From Mobula hypostoma (Eukaryota): a DNA stretch of 64,000 nucleotides. Under the pieces are notes generated by a model that had not been told where the DNA came from, did not search any database, and saw only the letters and a program-made list of their open reading frames with translations. The position numbers were made by a program, and so were the translations under genes. The stretch covers positions 210,182,001-210,246,000 of the forward strand of contig NC_086097.1 of assembly GCF_963921235.1 (NCBI RefSeq). The letters are read 5' to 3'. Positions 54,001 to 62,670 of the stretch are shown here, piece by piece; positions within the stretch are counted from its first letter, which is position 1, and the number at the start of each line of letters is the position of its first letter.

Positions 54001-57000
54001 AATACCCAGTAAACCCCTGAACTCTATATCTCTTTACAGACAAAAGCAATCAGCATAGCTAATCCAAGACATTTTTATTAGCAAATTTATTTTACACATC
54101 ACATTTCTGATAGAGTACATTCAGCCAGAGACTCATTCCACCAAGATGCAACACTGAGCGTCATAGGAAGTCATTCCTGTCTGTGGCCATCAAACTTTAC
54201 AACTCCTCCCTTGGAGGGTCAGACACCCTGAGCCAATAGGTTGGTTCTGGACTTACTTCCTGGCATAATTTACATATTACTATTTAACTATTGATGGTTT
54301 TATTACTATTTATTATTTATGGTGCAACTGTAATGAAAACCAATTTCCCCCAGGATCAATAAAGTATGACTATGACTACCTTCATCAATGTGTTTAGTCA
54401 CATCCTCAAAAAACTTAATCATGCTGATAAGGCACGATCTGCCTTTGACAAAGCCATGCTGACTATTCCTAATCATATTATGCTTCTCCAAATGTTCATA
54501 AATCCTGCCTCTCGGGATCTTCTCCATTAACTTACCAGCCACTGAGGTAAGACTCACTGGTCTATAATTTCCTGGGCTATCTCTACTCAATTTCTTGAAT
54601 AAGGGTACAACATACACAACCCTCCAATCCTCCAGAATCTCTCCTGTCCTCATTGATGATGCAAAGATCATCACCCAGAGGCTCAGCAATCTCCTCCCTC
54701 ACCTCCCACAGTAGCTTGGGGTACATCTCATTTGATCCTGGTGACTTATCCAACTTAATGCTTCCCAAAAGCTCCAGCATATACTTTCTTAATATCTGCA
54801 TGCTCAAGCTTTTCAGTCTGCTGTGAGCCATCCCTACAATCTTCAAGATCCTTTTCCACAGTGAATACTGAAGCAAAGTACTCATTAAGTACCTCTGCTA
54901 TCTCCTCCAGTTCCATACACACTTTTCCACTCTCACATTTGATTGGTCTTATTCTCTCACATCTTATCCTCTTGCTCTTCACATACTTATAGAATGTCTT
55001 GGGGTTTTCCTTAATCCTGCTCACCAAGGCCTTCTGATGGCCCCTTCTGGCTCTCCTAATTCCTTTCTTATACTCCTTCCTGCTCACCTTATAATCTTCT
55101 AAATCTCCATCATTACCTAGTTTTTTGAACCTTTCGTAAGCTCTCCTTTTCTTCTTGACTAGATTTACAACAGCCTTTGTACGCCACGTACCCTACCATC
55201 CTTTCCCTGTCTCATTGGAACGTACTTATACAGAACTCTACGCAAATATCCCCTGGGAACACTTGACATATTTCTTCCGTAGATTTCCCTGAAAACATCT
55301 GTTCCCAATTTATGCTTCCAAGTTCCTGCCTGATAGCTTCATATTTCCCCTTACTCCAACTAAACGCTTTCCTAACTTGTCTGTTCCTATCCCTCTCCAA
55401 TGCTATGGTAAAGGAGATAGAATTGTGATTACTATCTCCAAAATGCTCTCCCACTGAGAGACCTGACACCTGACCAGGTTCATTTCCCAATACCAGATCA
55501 AGTACAGCCTCTCCTCTTGTAGGCTCATCTACATATTGTGTCAAGAAACCCTCTTGAACACACCTAGCAAACTTCACCCCATCTGAACCCCTCGCTCTAC
55601 TTTTCCAAACCTATTCTATTACTTTCAAATATATGGAGAGAGGAGCAGAGTTAATGACACTAATGGTCCTATTTGACGTAACACAACAGCCCATGTCTTT
55701 TTCTTTTCTTTAGTTTAGTTGATTAGTATTGTTTAGATTAGTTTTTTGGGGGGGTATTTTGTTATTTTCTTTTCTTTTTCACGCTACTCCTGCATTTTTT
55801 TCTTACATTATATTTGTATTTTGTAAGAGTTTAGGAGGTTTAATATCCATGTGTTAACTGAGTTTATATTTATATATGCTAATTATTAACAATGTAATCC
55901 CAAAAGCTTTATATTATACATAACATAGTATTAATACTTTGATCTTAATAAAAATATTGGAAAAGAATAAACCCCTCGCTCTAGGGACATGCCAATCTAT
56001 ATTTGGGAAATTAAAATCTCCCACCGGGACATCCCTGTTATTATTACACCTTTCCAGAAGCTGTCTCTCTATCTGCTCCTCGATGTCCCTGCTACTAATT
56101 GGGTGGTCTATAAAGAACCCCCAGTAGTGTATTGACCCCTTCCTGTTCCTAACTTCCACCCACAGAGACTCTGTAGACAATCCCTCCATATCTTTCTCCT
56201 TTTTTGCAGTTGTGACACTATCTCTGATCAACAGTGCCACACCCCCACCTCTTTTGCCTCTCTCCCTGTCTTTTCTGAAACATTTAAAGCCTGGCACTCG
56301 AAGTAACTATTCCTGCCTCTGAGCCATCCAAGTCTCTGTAATGGCCACAACATCATAGCTCCAAGTACTGATCCACGCTCTAATCTCATCCGCTTTGTTC
56401 GTATGACTCCTTGCATTAAAATAGACACATCTCAATCCATTGGTCTGAGCACATTCCCTCTCCATCACCTGCCTATCCTCCTTCTCGCACTGTCTCCTTT
56501 AAGCTTTTCCCTATCACCTTAAAGCTATATCCTCTAGTATTTGATATTTCCACAATGAGAAAAAGACCCAATTCACAGAAGGTTTTTCCCATTTCCATTA
56601 GGAGGAGGCTACGTAGTATTCATGGTCTGGTTAGGACCACCAGACTCAAAAATAGTTACTGTTCCCAAGTAGGAAGGTGGATCAATACTTGCATCCAATA
56701 ATCCATCCACCACCACTACTTTATCATTTCCTGTTGGTCACCTTATGTATAAACATTTCTGTACTTAGCATCACTTTACATACATGCAATCAATGTATAT
56801 AAGCTATCTTATGTATAGATATATATAATTTTTTATTATTGTGTTCATTACATTTTTTGTGCTGCATCAGACCCAAAGTTACAATTATTTCATTCTAATT
56901 TACACTTGTATGATGGAAATTATGTTAAACAATCTTGAATCTCTTGACTGACAATCTACCACGTCTACGAGCCTCAGTTTTATTTACTTCTATCAGTTCA

Positions 57001-59800
57001 AACACAAAAATTCTTAGTTTGCTCAACTTTTAATACAGGTGTCCGCAACTTTATATAATTTTTTTTTAAAAAAACAGGTTCCCAACTTCATCTCTGGGTC
57101 TGAACGTTTGGGACGATGCATTTCTTGGTATTGTTGATAAGAATGTCTTGTAACCAGAAAAAAATGCAGTTATTTGCAACTTCTAGAAACGGTAAACACA
57201 AGAATGTCTGCAGATGCTGGAAATATAAAGTAACATACACAAAATGCTGGAGGAACTCAGCAGGTCAGGCAGCATCTATGGAAATTAATAAACAGTCAAC
57301 ATTTCAGGCCAAGTCCTGAAGAAGGGTCTCAGCCCGAAAAGTCAACTGTTTATTCATTTCCATTGATCCTGCCTGACCTGAGGAGTTCCTCCAGAATTTT
57401 GTGTGCGTTGTTCTAGAAATGGTTTCTGGATGTTGGAAAGAAAAGATACAGTTTTGTTTAAACTACCTAAAGCATTCATTTCCTCTGTAAAGGAATTTTT
57501 CTTGGAACAAGTGAAGAGTTTTGCCTTGAGACTGTATTTTGCTATTATTAATGGACAGCTCATTTCCAACTGGAAAATATTTGAAATGGAGAACATAATC
57601 ACACAAAAGTCTAATTATTGTAGAACTTTTGATGAATGGATTTGTATTAATGCAACATTTTTGTATATGAATTTACCCTAGAAACCACTAAACACCATGA
57701 AACAGAGTGAATACAAGGTTTATGACATCTTAAGGCAATTCTGCAATTTATTATATTCCCATTCAAATATTAAATTTGCATGGGAATGTTTGTAAGTTGT
57801 AGCCAAGAAACTAAAAAAAAATGCACTTAAGTGCTGTTAAGTTACTGTTTCAATGCTAAACAAATTGGCATGCAAATTAGCCCCAAAATCGATATTATAT
57901 TTCACATCTACTTATACCGTAAGAGGCCATTTCTGGCACTAATCTTCCCAGTAAATTTTCCCTGTAGCCTGTTCACCTTACATTTATCTCAGTTCCTCCT
58001 CCCAGATTCTACAATTCACTGACACACTGGGAGAGGGGGTGATCCACAGTAGGTAATATACATAAAAGGAAAGTGGAGCACCCACATGAAACCCAAGCAG
58101 TCACGTGAACTGCAGACTCCATACTGTTGGTGCAAAATTAAATCTTTAACATAATGTTGCACCAACAGTAGGAATGAGACAGACGGGAAGCCACATCATA
58201 TCTACGCTAGCAAAAACAGAGAACTCGTCAGCATTTAGAAAAGCATTAGGCCTCTCACATTCAAGGATTCCAGCATTCAGTTTTCCATATGCCTGTCAGC
58301 AGATTAAAATATTACACTCATGATTTTCATGGAAGTCTACGGGCACAGATGTTTTCTGAAAATTTAAATAGTTGTAGCTAAACAATTACTAATTAGTTAT
58401 TAACTGTTTCCATTCTCCAGGAAAGAGGTAAACAAGGTTGAAAGGGTACAGAGAAAATTTACAAGAATGCTGCCATTCCTGAGTTATAAAGGAAGATTGA
58501 ATAGGTTAGGACTTTATTCCTTTAGAACGTAGAAGATTGTGAGAAGATTTGATAGAAGTATTCAAAATTATGAGGGTTATAGATAGTGGGAAAAAGCCTG
58601 CTTGCATTTACTCTGAGTTTGGGTGGGACTACAGCTTGAGATCATGTGTCAAGGATGACAGGTGAAAAGTTTAAGGGGAACATAAGGGGAAACTTCTTCA
58701 CTCAGAGGGTTGTGAGAGTGTGGGATGAACTTCCAGGACAAGTGGTGCATGCGAGCTAGATATCAATGTTCAAGCAAAGTTTAGATAGGTGAATGGATGG
58801 TAGAGATATGGAGGGCTTTGGACCCGGTACAGATTGATGGGAGTAGATTCATGGTTTCAGCATGGACTAGATGGGCCAAATGGCCTGTTTCTGTGTTGTG
58901 CTTTTCTATGACTTAAGTAAGTTTTGTGGGCAAGATATGTCCTGCACACTCCTCCACCCCACACTCTCAACCTGTAATCAATACATAATGCCAGACCCCC
59001 TCATCCAAACTTGCTTTCATTAGCAGCACGTAGACAATGATGGACTCTCAAAAATCAAGCTTCTTCTCATCATAACGGTCAATTATAAACAACGTCAGGC
59101 ATATCGGAACCTTTGCTCCGATGAGCCACTATACCCTCCATTCTGCATGTAATTGTTTTGTGTTCTATTACCCAATATATTCTGATCAGAATCAAGCACC
59201 AAGTCATGAAGCAATTCCTGAAGACTTCATGTTTTGTACTGAAATGCATCTTTTTTTAAGATAAAGATTCTCGCCGTTTTTTTCCCTATTGAACTACTTC
59301 CAATCAAACTAATGACCTCTCTATTACTACTGAAAAACAGCAATCTGCATAAAAGGGGTCTATTTGTGAATTTGACAATGTTGAATGATATTACAAAAGG
59401 TTTTAATTCTGAGCTATATTTAAACAAAAAATAAATTACTAATACTTGACAAAACATCATGAAATGAATCGTTTAGCATATCTGTTGTATTTGCTAACCT
59501 GGGATTCGTTATTTGCCAATTCCACATTTAAAAACGGTCTTACTCTCAAATACACTTTAAGGCGTTGATCTTCAGCCACTAATGGTTTCGCCTGATTATA
59601 GCCCTGTTCAGGATAAGGAGAACACTAAGTCAGTGGATAGAACACCAGCCAGGAAGAGAGCCAGGGAGTATCCCAGACCAAATCCAAGATGGACCGACCT
59701 CAAAACATACTCGTTTAGAAGCTTCAATCAAGTCACCGCACGGCGTCTGCTCTGGAGTTTCTCCTTCATTGAAGGTAGGAATTTCGGATACAGAGGCCAT
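20731..59800 (-). CDS. KIF20A-like: Kinesin-6 family motor, KIF20A-like; 18 coding exons, 2634 nt, about 877 aa (orthologue versus paralogue unresolved)
   Basis: Hand-spliced GT-AG exons in one continuous frame: KVYLRVRP, KNSERGIGQAVHTFTFSQIFG, P-loop GVTNAGKT, GGILPRSLA, long loop-6 insert, VWVSFCEIYNEYVYDLL, switch I NHQSSRSH, switch II DLAGLER, VPFRESKLTRLFQ, YDETLHVMKF, coiled coils, basic tail. Confidence 0.93.
21505..22036. mobile_element. Solo LTR (Gypsy- or ERV-type), 532 bp
   Basis: Ends TGTAAC...GTTACA (6-bp inverted termini), 4-bp TSD TAAT (21501-21504, 22037-22040), CpG-rich interior. Confidence 0.8.
23170..23685 (+). mobile_element. CR1 LINE 3' fragment
   Basis: GATCTCATTGAAATCTATCGAATGCTGAAAGGCC, GGTGGTGAATCTGTGGAAT, tail CTTATGTCTTATGGT; ends about 45 nt from exon 17. 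Confidence 0.9.
23730..23849 (-). CDS. KIF20A-like coding exon 17 (ANKSLTKKLNDIQVILQEAERK...IIAKQ)
   Basis: AG/GTATG, 120 nt, phase 0-0, coiled coil. Confidence 0.85.
24030..24112 (-). CDS. KIF20A-like coding exon 16 (ELRRYQELYKSRVLSEEQSAKLLEEKDQ)
   Basis: TTCTTCAG/GTATC, 83 nt, phase 1-0. Confidence 0.82.
25170..26690 (+). mobile_element. Rex/Babar LINE fragment with a nested opposite-strand Rex/Babar 3' fragment (about 25945-26357)
   Basis: LCNWVLDFLTNKPQ..LNTGSPQGCVLSPLLYTLLT (ORF 25004-25483); nested ORF 26083-26316 HPNHNLFQLLPSGKR..RFRDSFFHQAIRLMN. Confidence 0.85.
27640..28555 (-). mobile_element. Rex/Babar LINE 3' fragment
   Basis: PLLYSLYTYNCVAKHNSNVVFKFAD (28316-28498); RKAASVIKDPHHPG (27758-28048); same family as 8590 and 41870. 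Confidence 0.85.
29632..29809 (-). CDS. KIF20A-like coding exon 15 (DADLKVKELEEALSK...LEALTNGK)
   Basis: AG/GTAAGT, 178 nt, phase 0-1, coiled-coil composition. Confidence 0.88.
30696..30861 (-). CDS. KIF20A-like coding exon 14 (SERFEELKEIYEEQLD...AEQHKTM)
   Basis: CAG/GTAAT, 166 nt, phase 2-0. Confidence 0.88.
30975..31130 (+). mobile_element. Short Penelope-derived element with decayed hammerhead and a partial inverted arm
   Basis: CAGTC-CTGGTGA-AGGGTCTTGGCT-GAAC..GTC, then TGCTGAGTTCCTCCAGCATTTTGTGTGTG. Confidence 0.7.
31530..31705. mobile_element. Fold-back (inverted-arm) Penelope-derived insertion in CR1
   Basis: Arms GCAACACACACAAAATGCTAGAGGAACTCAGCAGGCCAGGCAGCAT / ATACTGCTTGGCCTGCTAAGTTCCTCCAGCATTTTGTGTGTGTTGC; 15-bp TSD TTTAAATATAYCCAA (31515-31529, 31706-31720). 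Confidence 0.85.
31784..31904 (+). mobile_element. Short Penelope-derived insertion with decayed hammerhead, in CR1
   Basis: CAGTC-CTGTCGA-AGGGTTTTGGCCC-AAAA; diverged ~14-bp TSD ACCCTCTGACTAAA / ACTCCCTGGCTAAA. Confidence 0.7.
36971..37110 (-). CDS. KIF20A-like coding exon 13 (ELLSMIENLRHKLIAERQQKLVLEMQVRNEMG...)
   Basis: AG/GT, 140 nt, phase 0-2; resembles the KIF20A ERQEKLQLEMHLRDE coil. Confidence 0.93.
38704..38895 (-). CDS. KIF20A-like coding exon 12 (IIQIIHPK...EDLDLTTFAHE)
   Basis: TTTCAG/GTAAT, 192 nt, phase 0-0. Confidence 0.88.
39204..39369 (-). CDS. KIF20A-like coding exon 11 (LKQIIVPFRESKLTRLFQ...YDETLHVMKFAAIAKQ)
   Basis: AG/GT, 166 nt, phase 2-0; lies within ORF 39198-39584. 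Confidence 0.96.
41076..41222 (-). CDS. KIF20A-like coding exon 10 (LCLCDLAGLERSGKAQTFGNRLKEAGNINNSLLILGKCISALR)
   Basis: AG/GTAAGT, 147 nt, phase 2-2, switch II and helix alpha-4. Confidence 0.95.
41870..42810 (-). mobile_element. Rex/Babar LINE 3' fragment nested in a decayed plus-strand CR1
   Basis: LSPLFYSLYTCDCESKHSSNAILTFADDTT (42435-42743); 3' UTR matches 8590-8880. Confidence 0.85.
42940..43580 (-). mobile_element. Decayed Rex/Babar LINE fragment
   Basis: AGAATCAGAACC tail, CTCCTCAAACTCCT (RSLRR) and TTCCTGAAGTCCACAATCA (IVDFRK) remnants. Confidence 0.7.
44677..44748 (-). CDS. KIF20A-like coding exon 9 (SHSIFSIRLIEIIVGEKSRVFRTS)
   Basis: CAG/GTGAGT, 72 nt, phase 2-2. Confidence 0.93.
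   Translation of the reverse strand, partial: SQHIFHSTDRNNCWGKVSCLQDF
44915..45026 (-). CDS. KIF20A-like coding exon 8 (DLKWINVTSSDEALKVLKIGNKNRSLASTKINHQSSR)
   Basis: AG/GT, 112 nt, phase 1-2, switch I. Confidence 0.95.
46012..46215 (-). CDS. KIF20A-like coding exon 7 (...RFSVWVSFCEIYNEYVYDLLDP...LRVCEDQKGNSYVK)
   Basis: AG/GT, 204 nt, phase 1-1. Confidence 0.95.
47105..47213 (-). CDS. KIF20A-like coding exon 6 (EMEYQLFRTT...HIPSDQL), loop-6 insert
   Basis: Polypyrimidine-CAG acceptor, GT donor, 109 nt; phase 0-1 is required to link exons 5 and 7. Confidence 0.85.
47616..48965 (-). mobile_element. Rex/Babar LINE fragment, interrupted by a plus-strand non-autonomous repeat (about 47840-48232)
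   Basis: CAGAATCAAGTTTAATATCAC tail; GAGTAGAGCAGTGGGCTAAGCAC (VLSPLLYS) and CTATTGTGGCAATAGGCA (AYCHNR) remnants; the insert ends ATTAAA..(TTTGAAACC)2. Confidence 0.75.
49336..49520 (-). CDS. KIF20A-like coding exon 5 (GTGKDGGILPRSLAMLF...EIFSPLRE)
   Basis: AG/GT, 185 nt, phase 1-0. Confidence 0.95.
52606..52744 (-). CDS. KIF20A-like coding exon 4 (IFGQETSQ...TYGVTNAGKTYTIQ), P-loop
   Basis: AG/GT, 139 nt, phase 0-1. Confidence 0.96.
52991..53100 (+). mobile_element. Short Penelope-derived element with decayed hammerhead
   Basis: CTGATGA-AGGGTCTTAGCCT-GAAG-CGTC, then GCCTGGCCTGCTAAGTTCCTCCAG..GTGTGTGTT. Confidence 0.7.
53660..53779 (-). CDS. KIF20A-like coding exon 3 (DCVIIKDSETVVLAAPK...GIGQAVHTFTFSQ)
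   Basis: AG/GTGAGT, 120 nt, phase 0-0. Confidence 0.95.
54113..54378 (+). mobile_element. Rex1-like LINE 3' fragment (same family as 1956-3776)
   Basis: Closely matches 3511-3779, including AATAAAGTATGACTATGACTA. Confidence 0.9.
54379..56500 (-). mobile_element. CR1 LINE ORF2 5' half (same family as 1-4108), 3' part missing
   Basis: ORFs 55914-56297, 55212-55577 (FLTQYVDEPTRGEAVLDLVLGN), 54755-55087, 54306-54689 (NYRPVSLTSVAGK). Confidence 0.93.
55600..55969 (+). mobile_element. 5'-truncated retroposed insertion (L1-like 3' UTR) inside CR1
   Basis: Exact 14-bp TSD AACCCCTCGCTCTA (55586-55599, 55970-55983); T-rich body; AATAAA followed by an A-rich end. Confidence 0.7.
56590..56940 (+). mobile_element. 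Rex/Babar 3' end
   Basis: CCATTAGGAGGAGGCTACGTAG..ACCACCAGACTCAAAAATAGTTAC remnant; 3' UTR similar to 26480-26690. Confidence 0.7.
57194..57410. mobile_element. Fold-back Penelope-derived insertion with a hammerhead-like core at the junction
   Basis: Inverted arms of about 75 bp; AGTC-CTGAAGA-AGGGTCTCAGCCC-GAAA-AGTC; 13-bp TSD TTCTAGAAAYGGT (57181-57193, 57411-57423). Confidence 0.85.
58418..58915 (+). mobile_element. CR1 LINE 3' fragment
   Basis: GTACAGAGAAAATTTACAAGAATG, AACTTCTTCACTCAGAGGGTTGTGAGAGTGTGG, tail GGCCTGTTTCTGTGTTGTGCTTTTCTATGAC. Confidence 0.88.
59499..59603 (-). CDS. KIF20A-like coding exon 2 (GYNQAKPLVAEDQRLKVYLRVRPFLNVELANNESQ)
   Basis: AG/GT bounded, 105 nt, motor start VYLRVRP. 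Confidence 0.93.
59699..59800 (-). CDS. KIF20A-like coding exon 1 (MASVSEIPTF...KRVCFE)
   Basis: ATG in strong Kozak context (AAGATGG); donor GAG|GTCGGT, with an alternative in-frame donor CGA|GTATGT at 59711. Confidence 0.7.
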
Positions 59801-59879
59801 CTTTTCTGCAACGTCCAGGAAAATAATAGACTGGTCTACCGTACCATCCAGTGCACACTTCCAGACTGACACAGATGTG

Positions 59880-60230
59880 GTTCAGAACAAAATCATTATT
59901 GGTGCGTTTACCAATAGAGCTGAATTATTTAAACACCGAATCGATTTGGGACGGGGATTACGTTCCAATTGGCCACGGATGTGTGTGTTTTTTTTAAAAA
60001 GCTCGGTGTACAAATTAAGATTTCTCATTTTTTATAAACATTCAAATTAACGGGACATCAGAAGGCAATTAAACTCCGGAACTTAATTTGCAAAAGCAAC
60101 CGAAAGATTTAAAGTTCGTTTTAAAAGGTCTTTTTTTTTAAAAGAGCAAATGTCCGGAACGAGCGAAAAACAAACTGATCGAAGCCAACCGCGGAAAGTT
60201 TGGACTTGGAGCAAATGGCCGTTCCAAGTA
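59880..60230 (-). promoter_or_regulatory. Putative promoter of the KIF20A-like gene (CCAAT boxes + CHR-like element)
   Basis: Local CpG enrichment; CCAAT/ATTGG at 59898-59902, 59911-59915 and 59965-59972; TTTAAA at 59928-59933; immediately upstream of the ATG exon. Confidence 0.55.
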
Positions 60231-60797
60231 TAGAAAAGTGGATAAAGTTTTTTCTCAAATTTTCTACATGGCACAGTACACAAACAAAATTCGTCCTAAT
60301 CTGCTAAAAATAGAAATATTTAAAACATGGTGATTGACCTTTATCTCTTTAACAGACAAAAATATTCGTTTAAAAGGAGGCCCTTTAAATTGAGAGTTTG
60401 GAACACCTGTTTGAGACCTCTATTGATTATTCTTAAAGGAACTTTTCCTTTAAAACAAATTGAAAGCAATGCAGCAATTGTAAGCTAACCAGAAAGTTAA
60501 AACAAAATCACAACCTAGAAGATTACGGTGGAATAAAAATTCATCGTAAGTAATATATAGTATCTCTTTGTTCCTTCAGTGAACAATAGCTAAAACTGCT
60601 TATTGAAAAATATGAATAGTATATTTTTTCCATTTGCACTTTTTGCATTAGTTTCATAGGTGTAAATTTAAAAGATTATTATTATTAAGAGCAGCATAGG
60701 GTGATGCTCAGCCAGTCAAGAGCATTAACCTTTTGATATGTTCTTGATCAGTAACATTGTCAAAGAGTATGAGGAGAAGGCAGCTGAATGGGGTTCA

Positions 60798-61155
60798 TAA
60801 TCAGGTTTAATATCATCGGCATATGTCGTGAAATCTGTTGTCTATGTGGCAGCAGTACAATGCAATTCATAATGAAAGAGAAAAAACTGAATTACAGTAA
60901 GTATATATTTAATTATCTAAATTAAATAAGTAATGCAAAATAAAAAATGTACTGAGGTGGTGTTTATGGGTTCAATGTCCATTCAGAAATCAGATGGTAG
61001 AGGAGAAGAAACGGTTCCCGAATCCTTGAGTGTGTTCCTTCAGGTTCTGGTACCTTCTTCCTGCTGGTAACTATGACAAGCGGGCATCTCCTGGGTGATG
61101 GGGGTCCTTAATGATGGATGCCACATTTCAAAGCCATCACTCCTTGAAGATGTTG
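60798..61155 (-). mobile_element. Rex/Babar 3' end
   Basis: AATCAGGTTTAATATCA tail and GGGTGATGGGGGTCCTTAATGATGGATGC (ASIIKDPHHP). Confidence 0.8.
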
Positions 61156-61535
61156 AGATAGATAAAATTCTTCTCCTATGCCTCATGGTCTTAATCTTTA
61201 TTTCAATATTCTATTGTTGGATGATATTTCAAAACTATTCCTCTTCAATAATACTTCTAATATGTAAAATACAAATTCTGCATCATTACTGATTAGACAT
61301 TTAGCCCAACAGATATTGGATATATAGAATCAGAATTTGTTGTCAACATTTTAGCTAGGTTTTGATATCATTGATTACAAATGGTGAAGCAATCACAGAT
61401 GAGAGGCAATTTTGCAGTTAAATGCAAATATATAAAATAGTCTAAAATGCACTACACTACTGCATGCTTGAACATGAGAAAGCAGTGAGATAAATGTATT
61501 AAATAGCATGAAGGTGCTGTATTTAAAGCATAATA

Positions 61536-61645
61536 AAGGGTTTTGGCCTGAAATATAGACTGTTTAACTTCCCCCCACCTTCCCCCCGCCCCATAGATGC
61601 TCTGTGACTTGCTGAGTTCCTCCAGCATTGTGTGTGTGTGTTGCT
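61536..61645 (+). mobile_element. Short Penelope-derived element (truncated hammerhead)
   Basis: AAGGGTTTTGGCCTGAAA..GACTG..CATAGATGC..TGCTGAGTTCCTCCAGCATTGTGTGTG. Confidence 0.7.
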
Positions 61646-61704
61646 ATAATTGAGTGATGGATATGAAGGTTCCACAACATTGTTTTGAGTTTCCAAGTCC
61701 AGTT

Positions 61705-61985
61705 AGGGGTCCATGGTAGTGTAGTAGTTAGCAGAACACTTTACAGTACCTGCGATCCAGGTTCAAATCCCACCATTGACTGTAAGGAGTTTGTACATTC
61801 TCTCCATGACCACTTGGGTTTCCTGCAGGTGCTCTGGTTTCCTTCCACGTTTCAAAGATGTACCAGATGATAGGTTAATTGGTCATAGTAAATTGTCCTG
61901 TGATTAGGCTAAGGTTAAATCATGGCTGGGCGGCGCAGCTCGAAGGGCATGAAGAGCCTGTTCTGCACCTTCTCAATAAATAAAT
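61705..61985 (+). mobile_element. Full-length tRNA-derived SINE (HE1/V-SINE-like)
   Basis: A-box-like TAGTGTAGTAGT (about 61717), B-box GGTTCAAATCC (61760-61770), central GTTTGTACATTCTC domain, CR1-like tail, AATAAATAAATA end. Confidence 0.8.
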
Positions 61986-62349
61986 ACCCTTTTAATTATG
62001 TTATATACTGAGAAACCACTTCGGTTGAAAGTGAACTAACGCATCAGAGCTTATTCATTCTAGATGCTATTTAAGCGGAATTTTTAAATTTGTAGTTTAA
62101 TTGTTCTTATTGTTCTCCTTTTTATTAATCCAGTCTTCCTACCCTTTGTGTAGTGACATCAAGTTCACTTTCTAAATTATACTTCCTTTTCAATGTCCAT
62201 TCGTTTATTTCACAATCCCTTAAAACTGTTATCAACCTTTCTTATCAGCTACCTAGCAAATAAAAGTGTTGAATTTAATTACAGATAATTTTAGATAACT
62301 TTGGCCATGGCTCATTCAATTTGTACCTAATCTAACACAGGCAGCCCTG

Positions 62350-62670
62350 CCCTCCAATTGGGCACGAGATATCTAAGAGCATGCTGCCGATGGGTACTTT
62401 CCAAGCTGATGTACTTGCTGAGGAATGCAGTGAAGACATGTGGGGAAGAACTGCATTCTGATGCCTTTCAGCCACTAGGGGCTAGTTTTGTATTGCTAAA
62501 GGAGGGGCATGCAGGTGGTATTGGTGCTCTGCACACGGAACATACGCACACCACTAATGCCTAGAAATATAAGTGTGAACCACTGGACTAAGCAAATAGA
62601 AAGATAGACCTGTAATGTTTCTGTATTTTTGTCTGTATTTTTATGAATAAATTTTATTTTGAAAAAATAT
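62350..62670 (+). mobile_element. Possible Tx1-like LINE 3' fragment
   Basis: CCRWVLSKLMYLLRNAVK (ORF 62358-62564) resembles Tx1 ORF2 C-termini as I recall them; AATAAA followed by an A-rich tail. Confidence 0.45.

Noticed and set aside
31530..57410. Recurring ~30-nt GCTGAGTTCCTCCAGCATTTTGTGTGTG motif as a CRISPR-like repeat
   Set aside because: Dispersed, flanked by TSDs and not regularly spaced; eukaryotic retroelement tail.
61705..61780. tRNA gene (A and B boxes)
   Set aside because: No convincing cloverleaf; continues into SINE core and tail.
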